From NCBI GenBank assembly GCA_963796275.1, contig CAWCKY010000003.1:800001-864000 (forward strand): DNA of 64,000 nt, read 5' to 3'. The notes below the pieces were generated by a model, which was not told the DNA's origin, searched no databases, and worked only from the letters and a program-made list of their open reading frames with translations. This DNA is from an uncultured Acidobacteriota bacterium. Its GTDB lineage: Bacteria > Acidobacteriota > Blastocatellia > RBC074. Shown here in pieces: positions 10,387 through 21,165 of this stretch (position 1 is the first letter of the stretch; each line of letters opens with the position of its first letter). Made by a program: the position numbers and the translations under genes.

Positions 10387-12844
10387 ATGAGCACACCTCG
10401 ATCCGCAACTCTCGTTTGCGTCGTCTTTCTGGCATTGTTGCCCTTCTACTTTTTTGGGCGCGAGACCCTGGGATGGCTCACTCTTGGAGATCAGGATGCG
10501 ATCTTCTTCTTCTTCCCTGCCTTTCAATTCATAGGTGAACAACTTAAATCCGGAAATCTCCCTTTGTGGACGAATTATCAATACAGCGGGTCGCCGCTTT
10601 TCGCTCAATGGCATACAGGAATACTCGATCCGATCAACTGGATTTATGTGATCGAGACGAGTTCGCGTACGCTGACGATGTCCATTGAGATCGGCTTCGC
10701 CCTCTCGTTGCTTGCGACATTCGTTTACACGCGAAGTTTGGGTTTCACTCGGAGGGCCTGCGTCATCTCGGCGGTAATTTATGCATTGAGCGGGTTTGCC
10801 GTCGGCCGCACGCTTTATCCCTGCTTTCTTCACATAGTAGCGCTCGTCCCTCTCGTACTCTTCTTTGTCGAGAGGCTTTATCAACGAGGGAAGTGGCTCG
10901 ATGTCGCCGCCGGCGCTTTGATCATCGCATGGCAAATATTCGCGGCGCACGCGCAACCGCTCGTCTACTCTTCATTGCTGGCTGGCGCCTATGCGCTCTT
11001 CAGATGGCAAACCGGGAAAAAGGTGGCGATGAATCGGAGAAGCGGGGTAGAGCAAGAGAACGCCGGAGTAGCAGCTGAGAAAGATCTCGCCTCCCCGTTC
11101 TTTCTTCTTCAATTCGCCTTGATGTTTATCATCGGTGCCGCGCTGGCCGCGGTGCAACTGATCCCGGCAGTTGAGACGGCTGGCCAATCGGTGCGCAAGG
11201 AGTGGCCTTATGACCTCTTCACGATGAATTCGCTGCATCCGATCTCTCTTTTGACCACTCTCTTTCCGTTTTTGCACGGTTCGGGTAAGACGATCTATCA
11301 GCTGCCTTATTGGGGCAATTACTGGCATCACAACGAAGCGCAGTTTTATTTGGGACTGCCGGCGATCTCATTGGCGATAGCCGGAGCGATCTTCGCTTGG
11401 CGCAGGAAAGACCGGATTGTCGTCTTCTGGAGCCTGGTGGCGGTTGTGGGCATCATCCTCTCCCTCGGGAAATATAGCGGGCCGATTGCTCGATTGCTCT
11501 TTCACGTCCCGTTGATCAGTCATTTCCGCAGCCCCAACCGCCATTGGATGGAAGTGACTCTAGCAGTAGCTGTTCTTGCGGGATACGCGATTGATCGCTT
11601 ACTGCGGGAACGGGAGAGAGAGCTCGGCATACTGGTGCAGAGAACCGCAGCGATTCTTTTGCTGTTGTGCTGCGTCGTTGCCGGATTCGTATTATGGCAA
11701 AGGCGACTGGCGGAATCTGTCATCCGGCGGCTACCTGGTCTGGATAAAGTGTCCGAGGGGTTTCTGCAGGCTGCCGGAGCAGAATTTTATTTGCCGGTGA
11801 TTTTTGCCGCGTGCGGCGCCCTTACTTTGATCTTCTTTGTTCGCACACAAACACGCGCCTATTGGTATGTGCCATTGCTCGTTTGGCTGCTCATCGATTT
11901 CAATCACTACGCGGCGTTCGCTCCCATCAACTCCCCGGCCAGACTGGAGACGCTCATCGGGCGGGGGATGCCCGCCTCGCTTGCCGCAAAACAGAGCGAG
12001 CGTGACCCGATACGCTACCACGTGATGCTCAACCCGGCTGCCGGAGAGTTCGACTCACTATTGTTCTACGGGCATGAAGATGGCTACGGGTTATGATCCG
12101 ATCATCAATGATCGCTATAAAACTTTCAGCGGGATGGATGAGGCGGGACGCAGCTTTCACCTGGATATGCTTCAGGGCCGGGACCGCACGCTCGATCTTC
12201 TCAATGTACATTTTGTCCTGGTGGCCCCACCTATCTTCGAAACGACAGCCAGCCGCGCCCTGAGCGACGGAACGCGCTGGCGCGCGATCGATGATCGCAG
12301 CCCGGCCGAGCCTTACCGAAACTATCGCATCTTCGAAAATTTGAACGCACTTCCGCGCGTATGGCTGGTGAATCATATCAAGGTTGCCTATGAAGGCGAT
12401 CAGCACAAACTGATTCGCGGAGAAGTTGCGACTACTGGAGAGCGTGACTTCGATCCCCGGACGACCGCGCTCGTCGATCACGAAACCGCAGGCAAGCTGG
12501 ATGAGGCTCTATTGAAATTCCAGGGCGGGGATGCGGCCCCGCAAGCATCGCCGCCCACTATAATCGATCGCAAAACAACGCGTATGCTGATCGAAGCGGA
12601 TGCTGCGAAACCATCGGTGCTGGTATTGAGCGAAATAGCATATCCGGGCTGGCAGGCGGAGGTCGATGGTAAAACGGCTGAATTGATGCGGGTGAATTAC
12701 GATCTCCGCGGCGTTGCTCTGAGTCCTGGGAAACACAGGATAGAGCTTATTTATCGGCCGCTTTCATTGAAAATCGGGTCTGCAGTGTCAGTGATAACCG
12801 CGATATTTGTGTTGTTGAGCATAAGGTTCGCGAGAAGGAGATAG
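10387..12844 (+). CDS. YfhO-family polytopic membrane protein (GT-C-like), split by a +1 frameshift near 12077
   Basis: LPLWTNYQYSGSPL, many TM segments, FRSPNR, C-terminal YPGWQAEVDG..GKHRIELIYRP; removing one A joins the two ORFs as FYGHEMATGYDP. Confidence 0.8.
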
Positions 12845-13053
12845 TCAACGGATCGAAAAATAAGGGATTCCGCATGACCGATAACGAGCAGTAGGACGGG
12901 GTGTTTACAAAAAATGAGTGCTCCGCAAAAGACAGACACTTCAGAGTGAACCTGAGATTCATCCTAAACGTAAAAGATTTTGCCGCTCTTACTCTTTGAT
13001 TGAAATGGCCTGAGGGCAATGTTGGGACTATCGCATGATTATGGAGGTTCGTA

Positions 13054-14064
13054 ATGTTCTGCCCGAGATGTGGGACGGAAAACCTTGAGACGAACAAATA
13101 TTGCCGAAACTGCCGCGAGGATTTGCAACTGGTCGTGCATGCGATGAGCAATCGCCTGCCCGTGCTGTTGTTCACCAAAATAGATGCTGCATTAGACCGT
13201 AAAAGCGAACGTTTCCGTCGAGATAGCGCTCTTTGGCTGCTTGCCAGTATCTGCTTTTGCCTGAACGCCGTTTTGGGATATCCCTCCCCAGGCGAGGGCC
13301 ATTATCAAATAATAATGTTTTCGCTTTCAGTCATATCCTGTGGTTATGGACTTTTCATCAGCATCTGGAGTTATTTGGCTTTCAGACACAGTTTATTAGT
13401 TGGGCGAGAAATATTTCTTCCCAACAACGACTCCGTCAGTGCTGCTCATAACCGAATCGTCAACTCGCTCCAGACGGATACTTCATCGGTTGAGACTCTC
13501 CGGCTGCCAGTCCCCAACGCCACTGAACAAACGACAAGAAAATTATCAGATACGACGTGTGAGGCAGGCGCTTTTACGGAAGTGAACTACTCATGCTGTT
13601 CGAGTTGCGGAGCGGAGAGTTCATCTGACCTTAAGTTCTGCCGTAACTGTGGCGCTAATCTTAAGCTTCTCAGAAAAATAACGAGGAGCGGTCGGTTCCA
13701 AACATGGCTTAATTCAAAGTTGGACCAGTATATCAAAGCGAAAAGCACTCATGAAATTGGCTATGGCTCGAGCGCGATGCTTTTTCTTATGGCGGTCATG
13801 TATCTGGCAATCGCCGTCAGCAAAATTGCAATAACAGGTATTGATTGGGCATTTTTATACTATGCGGCATTTCTCTTTTCATTTCTCATAATAGGAGCCT
13901 GGGACTATCTGTATTATCGGCGTTTGCGAAAAACCAACGCGGAGACTCCACGAGCAATATCCATAGCAACCTTTGATACTGCCCCTCAAACGGTACCGGA
14001 TCAGGTGAAAGCGGGCCTGACTACAGACCGGCTCCCAGTCAATAAATCCGCCCCCGATAGATGA
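13054..14064 (+). CDS. Double zinc-ribbon membrane protein (two ribbon+TM modules)
   Basis: CPRCG..YCRNC and CSSCG..FCRNCG, each followed by two hydrophobic helices; GGAGG RBS. Confidence 0.8.
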   Translation: MFCPRCGTENLETNKYCRNCREDLQLVVHAMSNRLPVLLFTKIDAALDRKSERFRRDSALWLLASICFCLNAVLGYPSPGEGHYQIIMFSLSVISCGYGLFISIWSYLAFRHSLLVGREIFLPNNDSVSAAHNRIVNSLQTDTSSVETLRLPVPNATEQTTRKLSDTTCEAGAFTEVNYSCCSSCGAESSSDLKFCRNCGANLKLLRKITRSGRFQTWLNSKLDQYIKAKSTHEIGYGSSAMLFLMAVMYLAIAVSKIAITGIDWAFLYYAAFLFSFLIIGAWDYLYYRRLRKTNAETPRAISIATFDTAPQTVPDQVKAGLTTDRLPVNKSAPDR

Positions 14065-14344
14065 ATCTCTTAGCATCACCGAAAATACAACAAGACAACT
14101 GATCGATCGCAATGCGCCATAATAAACTCGTGATCTAGCAACGGTCGGCAAGCCCAACATCCTCGTAACTGTCTAAATCGTACACATCGATTACATCGAT
14201 GCAGAATCGACCAACTCGTCAGCATACTGCCGCTTCGGCGGCCGGCCTGTGTTTTTCTCGTTCGCTGCAGCATTCGCATGCTGCTGCGTAATACTCCAAG
14301 CGAAATCTCAAACGCGCAAGGTTTGGAGTTCCGCCTTCAGGCGG

Positions 14345-16477
14345 TCAGAAAATCGCGTGCAGAAAGGAAATGACCGGCGCGGTGAGCGCGGGATTGATGG
14401 TGAAGTTGTCGACGAAAATCGAGCCGCCTGGAGTCGCGACGACTGAGACGACCACCTTGTCTAAGCTAGTCACGGACGCTTGAGGGCTACGGAAGGTGAA
14501 ATTCTCGCCGACGATCAGTTCGTTGCCGCCGGGCGGCGTCGCAAAGACCGAATAAGTGTGCGCAGGGACGTTTACGACCATGCGGAAATGGTAGGTTTCT
14601 CCCGCCGCGTAAGAAATGCTCGTGGCGGCGCCGTAGCCCGAGCCATTGTAGGCGTCGATCAAGCCGGCGTTGTTAAAACGCACGATGGCCGCTATCCCGG
14701 AGTAGGCCGTCGGCGAGCCGAGCGAGAACCCGAACAAGGCATCGATCGGCGAGATCGAGGGCGTTACGTCGAATTGCGCAGTAAACTCGCCTGTTTGCGC
14801 GGATGGCAACGGCGAGGCGTAGAAGCCCATCGCGGGCGTGACGGTTGCGCTCGTGCTAATGACATAGTCGCCGGCTCTCACGAAGCTGTTGTGCATGCCG
14901 TCTTTAATGGCGACCGCTTTCAGCTTGGCGCTGGCTCCGATCGCCACCGGGCCGGTGTAGATCACGCCCGCCCTCGATGTAGGAGGTCTGCCGTCGGTCG
15001 TGTAGCGGATCACCGCCCCGCTGGTCGCGGAGGTTATAGTGATATTCTGAGCGCCGAAATACTCGCCGGGCGGGAGACTGAAAACAGGGGCCAAGACTGT
15101 GTTGGGATCGCTCTCGAAATCATATGCGCCCGCATCGATGGGCAGCGTGCGCGGATTGCCTTCGACGTCAGTTGGCGGCGCGAGGTCCGGTGTGCCCGCG
15201 GCGACCGCCGCGCTGAGGCGCCGCAGGTGAAAATTGAGCCGTTGATAATTGACAAAGAGCGAAGCATAGTCGCTCGAAACGATGTTGAAATCGACGGCGC
15301 CGACGCTCTCATCGGTGTTGAGCCAGGGCGTGATATTGTTGCGGACGACATTGCCGGTGGACGGCGTGCCGTCTTTGTGCGCTGCGATCTGAATCCACGG
15401 CCTCATCGTGCCGGCGCCCAAGGGATTATGCGCGACCGTGTTATTCACGACGCGGCAGTTTCTCGCGCCGAGCAACGAGATCGAGTTCCAGTGGCCCGTA
15501 GCGACGAGGTTGTTTTCCACGATCCAGTCGTCGAACCATCCGTCGAAAGCGCCTATGCCCTGGGCTTCGTGAATCAGCGGGCGACTCGAGGTGGCACTCA
15601 GGATGATGTTGTTGCGGATCACGACGCGCGCGGAGGCAAAGCCCTGGATCATGTCGTAGTGGTTCCCGTTGGTCGCGTAAACATCTCGGATGACGTTGTT
15701 TTCAATGATCAGATCGTCGCAACTGGCCCGCAGGGCGTCGCCGCAAAAGTTCCGCACAATAGAGTTCTTGATTGTGAGGTGATGCGTCGTATTATTCATG
15801 TTGATGCCGAAGAAGACGTTCTTTACGTGGCATTTATCGATAGTGACGTGATGGCTGTTGTTGTTGATGTAGATGCCGTTCCACGCTTTGGTATTCCAAT
15901 CGTCGGCGGTCCAGGCCGATGAATTGCCGATCGAGTAGATCGAGCAGTTCCTCAAGGATATCTCGGAACTGGCGTTGGTGATTCGCAGCAGGGTGTTCTC
16001 ATAAACCGGGAAAACGGGATGCGTCAAGGGGTGCGCCGCAGGGAGCGGGGCGGTCGTGTGAACTTCCACGCCGTCCAGAACCCAGTGGGTGGCGCCGATG
16101 AAATCGAGCCGATTGATGACCGGCTCGTGGCCGGCCTGTTTGGTGATTGTGACGTCGCCGACGTTGTCGCCGGTGATGACCGGGAAGCCGTGATTGCCGG
16201 AGCGGAGGTAGATGACATCCCCCGCGCTAAACGTCTTCCCCGCAGCGAAGACCTCCTGCAACGTGCTCCATGGGGCCGCGGCGGTGCCCGGATTGCTCAT
16301 GCTGCCGCAGACGGGATCTACATAATAGGCCGCTCTGAACGACGGATTATCGGCGGGCCCCGTGAGCGTGGCGGCATTCAAGGCGCCGGCACCCGAGCTA
16401 TTGTTCACGATGACGGCGCATGCCGCTAGCAACAATGCTGCACGTAATACTCCGATAAATGTTTGCGTGATTTTCAT
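14345..16477 (-). CDS. Secreted right-handed beta-helix protein with a chitobiase/Fn3-like domain (probably C-terminally truncated)
   Basis: Signal peptide; YYVDP..GSMSNPGTAAAPWSTLQ; repeated IxNN parallel beta-helix turns; DAGAYD; IRYTTDG..PT..YTGP. Confidence 0.8.
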   Translation of the reverse strand: MKITQTFIGVLRAALLLAACAVIVNNSSGAGALNAATLTGPADNPSFRAAYYVDPVCGSMSNPGTAAAPWSTLQEVFAAGKTFSAGDVIYLRSGNHGFPVITGDNVGDVTITKQAGHEPVINRLDFIGATHWVLDGVEVHTTAPLPAAHPLTHPVFPVYENTLLRITNASSEISLRNCSIYSIGNSSAWTADDWNTKAWNGIYINNNSHHVTIDKCHVKNVFFGINMNNTTHHLTIKNSIVRNFCGDALRASCDDLIIENNVIRDVYATNGNHYDMIQGFASARVVIRNNIILSATSSRPLIHEAQGIGAFDGWFDDWIVENNLVATGHWNSISLLGARNCRVVNNTVAHNPLGAGTMRPWIQIAAHKDGTPSTGNVVRNNITPWLNTDESVGAVDFNIVSSDYASLFVNYQRLNFHLRRLSAAVAAGTPDLAPPTDVEGNPRTLPIDAGAYDFESDPNTVLAPVFSLPPGEYFGAQNITITSATSGAVIRYTTDGRPPTSRAGVIYTGPVAIGASAKLKAVAIKDGMHNSFVRAGDYVISTSATVTPAMGFYASPLPSAQTGEFTAQFDVTPSISPIDALFGFSLGSPTAYSGIAAIVRFNNAGLIDAYNGSGYGAATSISYAAGETYHFRMVVNVPAHTYSVFATPPGGNELIVGENFTFRSPQASVTSLDKVVVSVVATPGGSIFVDNFTINPALTAPVISFLHAIF

Positions 16478-16511
16478 TGAAATTCCCCATTGGTGATTGA
16501 ATTGAGATTGA

Positions 16512-17459
16512 TCAATTGCTTTTCTTAGTAGCAGGTTGTTTTAACTGATCATACAATTCCTTCATCCCGTCGTAATACTCCGCGAGAGGTTCGATTCCAA
16601 GCGCTTTTCTGCGGTTATCTACATTTGCGGCATCCTCTATCGGATCTGGTACGATTTCTCCACCCTCACCGAATTTCGTTTGTGTTCCATATAACTGCTT
16701 TTTACCATCTCTAACTAGAACCCGATCTGTTAGGAGCGCGAAATCCTGCACCTTGGCCTCGCCTTTTTTTACGGATGCCTCCAGCAGCGGCAGGCATTCT
16801 TTTTGAAACGGGAGGCTCATATGCTGCACGAGTAACCAGGCAGCACCGCCCCCATCTTCTGCCACGAGGCTTCTGCCAGGCCAGCCGAACTGGCTGATGA
16901 TTTCACGCATTCGTTTCTCATTCCTCTTATCTATTTCCTCTATCTTCGCCCAGTAATGCGGATCTCCGGCGGACGGGTCACCCGCCTTCCGAGCGGCCTG
17001 ATCTTCTTCCGCCATGCGTAACAATTCAGCGCGAAGCGGGTCATTAAGTTTCGCTCGAAACGCCTTAACTCTTGCGACAAAGCTCGGCCAACGCGCATCC
17101 GCGCGCAATGCCGACAATTTCTGTGACTTCTCATAGGCTTCGAATTGAGGAAACCCAAGGTCCAGGGACTTGTTTAAATAACGATATCCCTCATCGAGTT
17201 TCCCGGAGAACGCCAGGCAAGCAGCAGCGGCTAAGGCAATATTCGATTCCCGATATCCTTTCTCGAATTGTGATATCCAGATTCGTGCGCACTCCGCGTA
17301 ATCACCCCGAGCCTCAGCGGCGTTCGCCTGATTCAGGATTTTGTTCTTGGTAGATTGGGCGTGCGCCTTGATCGTGAGCATGAGCAGCGCAATTAGCGCG
17401 CATTTCAACAATGGTAAGATCGACAATCTATTTCTCCTTTCAGGGAAAAATAAATACAT
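16512..17459 (-). CDS. Secreted DUF6624-like protein with TPR-like N-terminus
   Basis: ELLRMAEEDQAAR, GWPGRSLV, AWLLVQH, TDRVLV..GKKQLYGTQ, VDNRRKALG. Confidence 0.75.
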   Translation of the reverse strand: MYLFFPERRNRLSILPLLKCALIALLMLTIKAHAQSTKNKILNQANAAEARGDYAECARIWISQFEKGYRESNIALAAAACLAFSGKLDEGYRYLNKSLDLGFPQFEAYEKSQKLSALRADARWPSFVARVKAFRAKLNDPLRAELLRMAEEDQAARKAGDPSAGDPHYWAKIEEIDKRNEKRMREIISQFGWPGRSLVAEDGGGAAWLLVQHMSLPFQKECLPLLEASVKKGEAKVQDFALLTDRVLVRDGKKQLYGTQTKFGEGGEIVPDPIEDAANVDNRRKALGIEPLAEYYDGMKELYDQLKQPATKKSN

Positions 17460-17762
17460 TTAGATGTTTCAGTCTATTGACGTCTGTGCATATTAAAGTA
17501 ACCCACCGAAGAGACGCAAAGATTGCAGAGGTAGCGCAGATGTTAACTTGTACAGGGTGACCGAAGCAGCCTCAATTTTCCACCGGTGGTAGTCTTCCTG
17601 GTTGAAATGGAGACCATTTCGACCGAGTTGATTGTCTACTTAGTCAAGCGAGAAGCGCTCAAATAAAAGGCAAGGGTTTATTTCAGTTTGACTGAAGATT
17701 TAGGAAGCCCTGCTCAAAGAATAGTGAAAAAATATCCATACCTGGCTGGAAGCCCTAAATGT

Positions 17763-17805
17763 TGAAAGGCCAAACGCCTGCGCGAGTGGCGGGTTTGGCC
17801 TTTCA
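17763..17805 (-). terminator. Intrinsic terminator-like hairpin
   Basis: TGAAAGGCCAAAC...GTTTGGCCTTTCA downstream of the 17895 gene. Confidence 0.6.
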
Positions 17806-17894
17806 TTCTTTTACGCTTCGAGTGTTGCTAGCATTAAATGCCGCAACTTGTTCAAGATCACGGTTGGAGCACCCTATCTCCGGTTTCACATTCT

Positions 17895-18809
17895 CTATGG
17901 ACGCGGATTCGGTGGCTTGGTTTTGCCCGGCTCTTCCTTCTTCACTTCTCCGGGTTTGCCAGCTTCCTTCGGATCGACTTCCTCTTCGACGCCGGTGAGC
18001 TTCACGTCTGACTGGAACTGGCGATAGTTCTTGTACCTGGTCACCATCCGGACATGGATGCGGCCGCTATCGAATTCAAGCACATCGTCACCATAGGTGT
18101 ATGTCGGGAACCAGTAACGACCATCAACATTTTCGCGATAGGTTTCGAATTTCGGGAAGCGTTGAGTGAATTCGGGAACGACCTTGCCTGCCGATTTCAC
18201 GATTTGCAGGTCCTGATCGTCAACCCATATCCTCCCCTGAAAGAATTTGCCCTCGATCTTCTGCTTACGCAGTTTATCCAACTCCTTTTTATTGGAGATC
18301 GCCTTCGGGGTTACATCGAAGACATAGGTATCCAATTGATCGACCTTCTCTTTACCTACGTAGCTCACGTTGTAGTTCGGCAAATCTTCGCCAGTTAAGG
18401 CGAATGGCTGAAGGTTGATGAATGCGTTCTTATCTTCTTGGGTCATGGTCAAGCCAGCCTGGTCCAGGGTCGACTGGGGGGCTTTGAGGATGCGCTCGAT
18501 TCTTTTTCCCGCATCATTAAAAACGAATTCCGAAACCTGATAGAACTCACCCGAGATGGTATCGGCAGGGCCGATCACCTGGAGTTTGGATTCCTGAATA
18601 TAGGAATACTCTTTAAAAGTCTCGCGCAGTTCGGTCTCCCGAGACGTAAACCGTTGGATGATTTCATCCGGTCTGAGAGACTTGTTCGTCTGAGTATTTG
18701 TCTCAAGACTCACCTCTCTGGGCCTGTTCGTATCCTGAGCTGAAATCGACCAGAGCGAGCCGAACAGGCAAAAGATGGATAGAATTGCAAAGCGACTTGT
18801 TTTCCTCAT
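17895..18809 (-). CDS. Secreted hypothetical protein (beta-rich, FQGRIWVD..QIVK..YWFP type)
   Basis: AGGAGG RBS; signal peptide ending SISA; long open frame. Confidence 0.8.
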   Translation of the reverse strand: MRKTSRFAILSIFCLFGSLWSISAQDTNRPREVSLETNTQTNKSLRPDEIIQRFTSRETELRETFKEYSYIQESKLQVIGPADTISGEFYQVSEFVFNDAGKRIERILKAPQSTLDQAGLTMTQEDKNAFINLQPFALTGEDLPNYNVSYVGKEKVDQLDTYVFDVTPKAISNKKELDKLRKQKIEGKFFQGRIWVDDQDLQIVKSAGKVVPEFTQRFPKFETYRENVDGRYWFPTYTYGDDVLEFDSGRIHVRMVTRYKNYRQFQSDVKLTGVEEEVDPKEAGKPGEVKKEEPGKTKPPNPRP

Positions 18810-18962
18810 AACTTTCCTCCTACAAGGTCTGTTGTACCCGCGCATTTATGTATGAATGATTATAACGAAAAATGTTGCGTTAAGTAACTGAGGCGGCACG
18901 CAGAATTCAGAACGGGGAAAATCACCAAAATTTTATAATGTTTGCAGTGAATACCGGCCGTT

Positions 18963-19454
18963 TTAGTATTCTTCATCTGAAACCCCAATTCCCAGTGCTC
19001 GAATTTTCCGAAGCACGAGATCATAACTGAATCCACGGCGCAGTAAATAATCGAACAGCTTCTTCGATTCCTTGCGCGTCTCCGGACAACCTCTCAACCT
19101 TATACGTTTGTTGATGGCGCGGTCGATTAATTCCTCTTCGCTTTGCATCGAGTAGGTTTCCTCGATGGTATTTTCGACAGTTTGCAGCGGCAATTTCTTG
19201 CGTTGCAAATCGCGGCGCAGGCGTGTGGGGCCCAGAGGCTTGGCGGCGAGACGCGATGTCGCGAATGAAATGGCAAATTGCCGGTCGTTTAAATACCCGA
19301 GCTCCTCGAGGCGCGCTATGACCTGGTTGACCGCCGTCTCATCCGCCCAATCTTTTTCAAGCAGTCGGCCGCGCAATTCCTCAATGCTTCGCGGCTTGTA
19401 TGAAAGCAGCCGAAACGCGCGTTCCAGCAATTTCTCATAGATTGAGGCAGCCAT
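18963..19454 (-). CDS. recX: Regulatory protein RecX
   Basis: AFRLLSYKPRS..EL..RL; GYLNDRQFA; GPTRLRRDL; YLLRRGF. Confidence 0.9.
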   Translation of the reverse strand: MAASIYEKLLERAFRLLSYKPRSIEELRGRLLEKDWADETAVNQVIARLEELGYLNDRQFAISFATSRLAAKPLGPTRLRRDLQRKKLPLQTVENTIEETYSMQSEEELIDRAINKRIRLRGCPETRKESKKLFDYLLRRGFSYDLVLRKIRALGIGVSDEEY

Positions 19455-19575
19455 ATTCCAATCCTGATACCGATAAACGAATCAGTCAAGCTCGAACTCA
19501 TTTTACGATTTCTTGATGGGCGTGCTATATTTGCGTCCTGCTACTCAAAATCATACCACAGTTGAGGTACGGAAT

Positions 19576-20325
19576 ATGTCAGGGCATTCAAAATGGCATT
19601 CAATAAAACATAAAAAGGGCGCGCTCGATGCCAAGCGCGGAAAACTCTTTACTAAATTGATCAAGGAAATAACCATCGCGGCGCGGAGCGGAGGCAGCGG
19701 AGACCCTAATCAAAATCCGCGTCTGCGCAAAGCGATCCTCGACGCCAAAGCCGCTAATATGCCGAACGATACGATCGATCGTGCGACCAAACGTGGCACG
19801 GGTGAGCTGGAGGGCGCGAACTATGAAGAAGTGACCTACGAAGGCTATGGGCCCGGTGGAATTGCGCTGATGATTCAGACCACCACGGACAACCGTAATC
19901 GCACGGTATCGGAGATCCGCCATATCTTTTCAAAGTACGGCGGCAACCTGGGTGAAGCGGGTTCGGTCGGCTGGATGTTCAACAAGAAAGGGCAGATCAT
20001 CGTCGATTCGACGCTCAAGGGCGAGGACCAGATGATGGAGATTGCGGTGGACGCGGGCGCTGAGGATATGCAGAATTACGGTGATACTTATCAAATTCTC
20101 GCGGCTCCCGATGACTTCCATGCAGTGCTCGAAAAGATCAAAGGCGCCGGCATCGAGCCGATCTCCGCAGAGATCACTATGATCCCACAGAACACAATTA
20201 AACTCGAAGGCGGCTCAGCCACCCAGATGCTCAAGCTTTATGAAGCTCTTGACGACCAAGAGGACGTACAGAGTGTCTCCGCTAACTTCGAGATCGATGA
20301 TGCTGTCATGGAACAGCAGGCGTAA
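19576..20325 (+). CDS. yebC: YebC/PmpR family protein
   Basis: MSGHSKWHSIKHKK, NPRLR, YEGYGPGG, TDNRNRT. Confidence 0.97.
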   Translation: MSGHSKWHSIKHKKGALDAKRGKLFTKLIKEITIAARSGGSGDPNQNPRLRKAILDAKAANMPNDTIDRATKRGTGELEGANYEEVTYEGYGPGGIALMIQTTTDNRNRTVSEIRHIFSKYGGNLGEAGSVGWMFNKKGQIIVDSTLKGEDQMMEIAVDAGAEDMQNYGDTYQILAAPDDFHAVLEKIKGAGIEPISAEITMIPQNTIKLEGGSATQMLKLYEALDDQEDVQSVSANFEIDDAVMEQQA

Positions 20326-20326
20326 T

Positions 20327-20437
20327 GACGGTTGTCGGTTGCCGGTTAATCGCTCATATATCTCAGTTCACTGTCGGTTGCCTGAAAACTTGAGGCCGGA
20401 ACCGACTATCGAAACAAACCGACGACCGACAACTGAC
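20327..20437. repeat. Imperfect heptamer inverted-repeat spacer (CGGTTGT/ACAACCG type)
   Basis: CGGTTGTCGGTTGCCGGTT ... AACCGACGACCGACAACTG; the same type recurs at about 26198-26278. Confidence 0.6.
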
Positions 20438-20439
20438 TT

Positions 20440-21135
20440 ATGAATTTCAAAAGGCGCGGAGCTGAGACAGGCAGCGGTTTTCAGGAAGCGATCAACCGAA
20501 CCAACGAGGGTTACGAACGTAACGGACGGGCCTGCATCACACGCAAGGCGATTCCCGGAAAATATCTGATCGAACGCGGCGAATCGCGCCGGGGGCTTTC
20601 ATTGCCTCCGATCGATAAACCTCCGGGCAGAGGGCAGACGCGCCTTGATTCGGCTGAATTAGCTCGTCTGGTCAAAAAGCACAAAGTGACCGACTGGCGC
20701 CGATTCGTTCCAGAATCGAAAGCGGAACCCGACTATGGCGGCGTTCTGGCTGGCGATGGGCGGGCGATTTTTTACGATGCCAAAACCACCAGGCGTGACG
20801 CGCTCGATTTCGATAATCTGCACGCGCATCAGATTTTGTTTCTCGAGCGGACTGCTGGCTTTGGGGCAGTCGCTGGTTTTCTCGTCGAGTTCAGCAAATA
20901 TGGCGAGGTCTATTTTCTCCCGATCCAGATTTTGTCGCTCTGGCGCGATGCAAGCGCGCGCAAGAGCATTCCGCGCCGGTTTTTTAATGATAACCTGGTT
21001 CCGGCTCAACCGGGCAAAGGGTTGATCATTTTCGATTACCTCACGGCAATCGAAGAGCAGGAGCGACGCTACAGTCGCGACTTTTCCGGGTTTCGTATAA
21101 CGATCCATCGCAAAATCAAAAGTAAGATCAAATAA
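20440..21135 (+). CDS. recU: Holliday junction resolvase RecU-like nuclease
   Basis: Colinear RecU motifs: G..FQEAINRTN..Y, ITRKAIP, PDYGG, YDAKTT, NLHAHQI, VYFL, RKSI, FDYL. Confidence 0.85.
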   Translation: MNFKRRGAETGSGFQEAINRTNEGYERNGRACITRKAIPGKYLIERGESRRGLSLPPIDKPPGRGQTRLDSAELARLVKKHKVTDWRRFVPESKAEPDYGGVLAGDGRAIFYDAKTTRRDALDFDNLHAHQILFLERTAGFGAVAGFLVEFSKYGEVYFLPIQILSLWRDASARKSIPRRFFNDNLVPAQPGKGLIIFDYLTAIEEQERRYSRDFSGFRITIHRKIKSKIK

Positions 21136-21165
21136 CTCTCGGCCACCCCGATAGGAGAGACTTCA

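Noticed and set aside
14480-15922. 480-aa plus-strand ORF
   Set aside because: Antisense shadow of the GC-rich beta-helix gene; Arg-rich with no motifs
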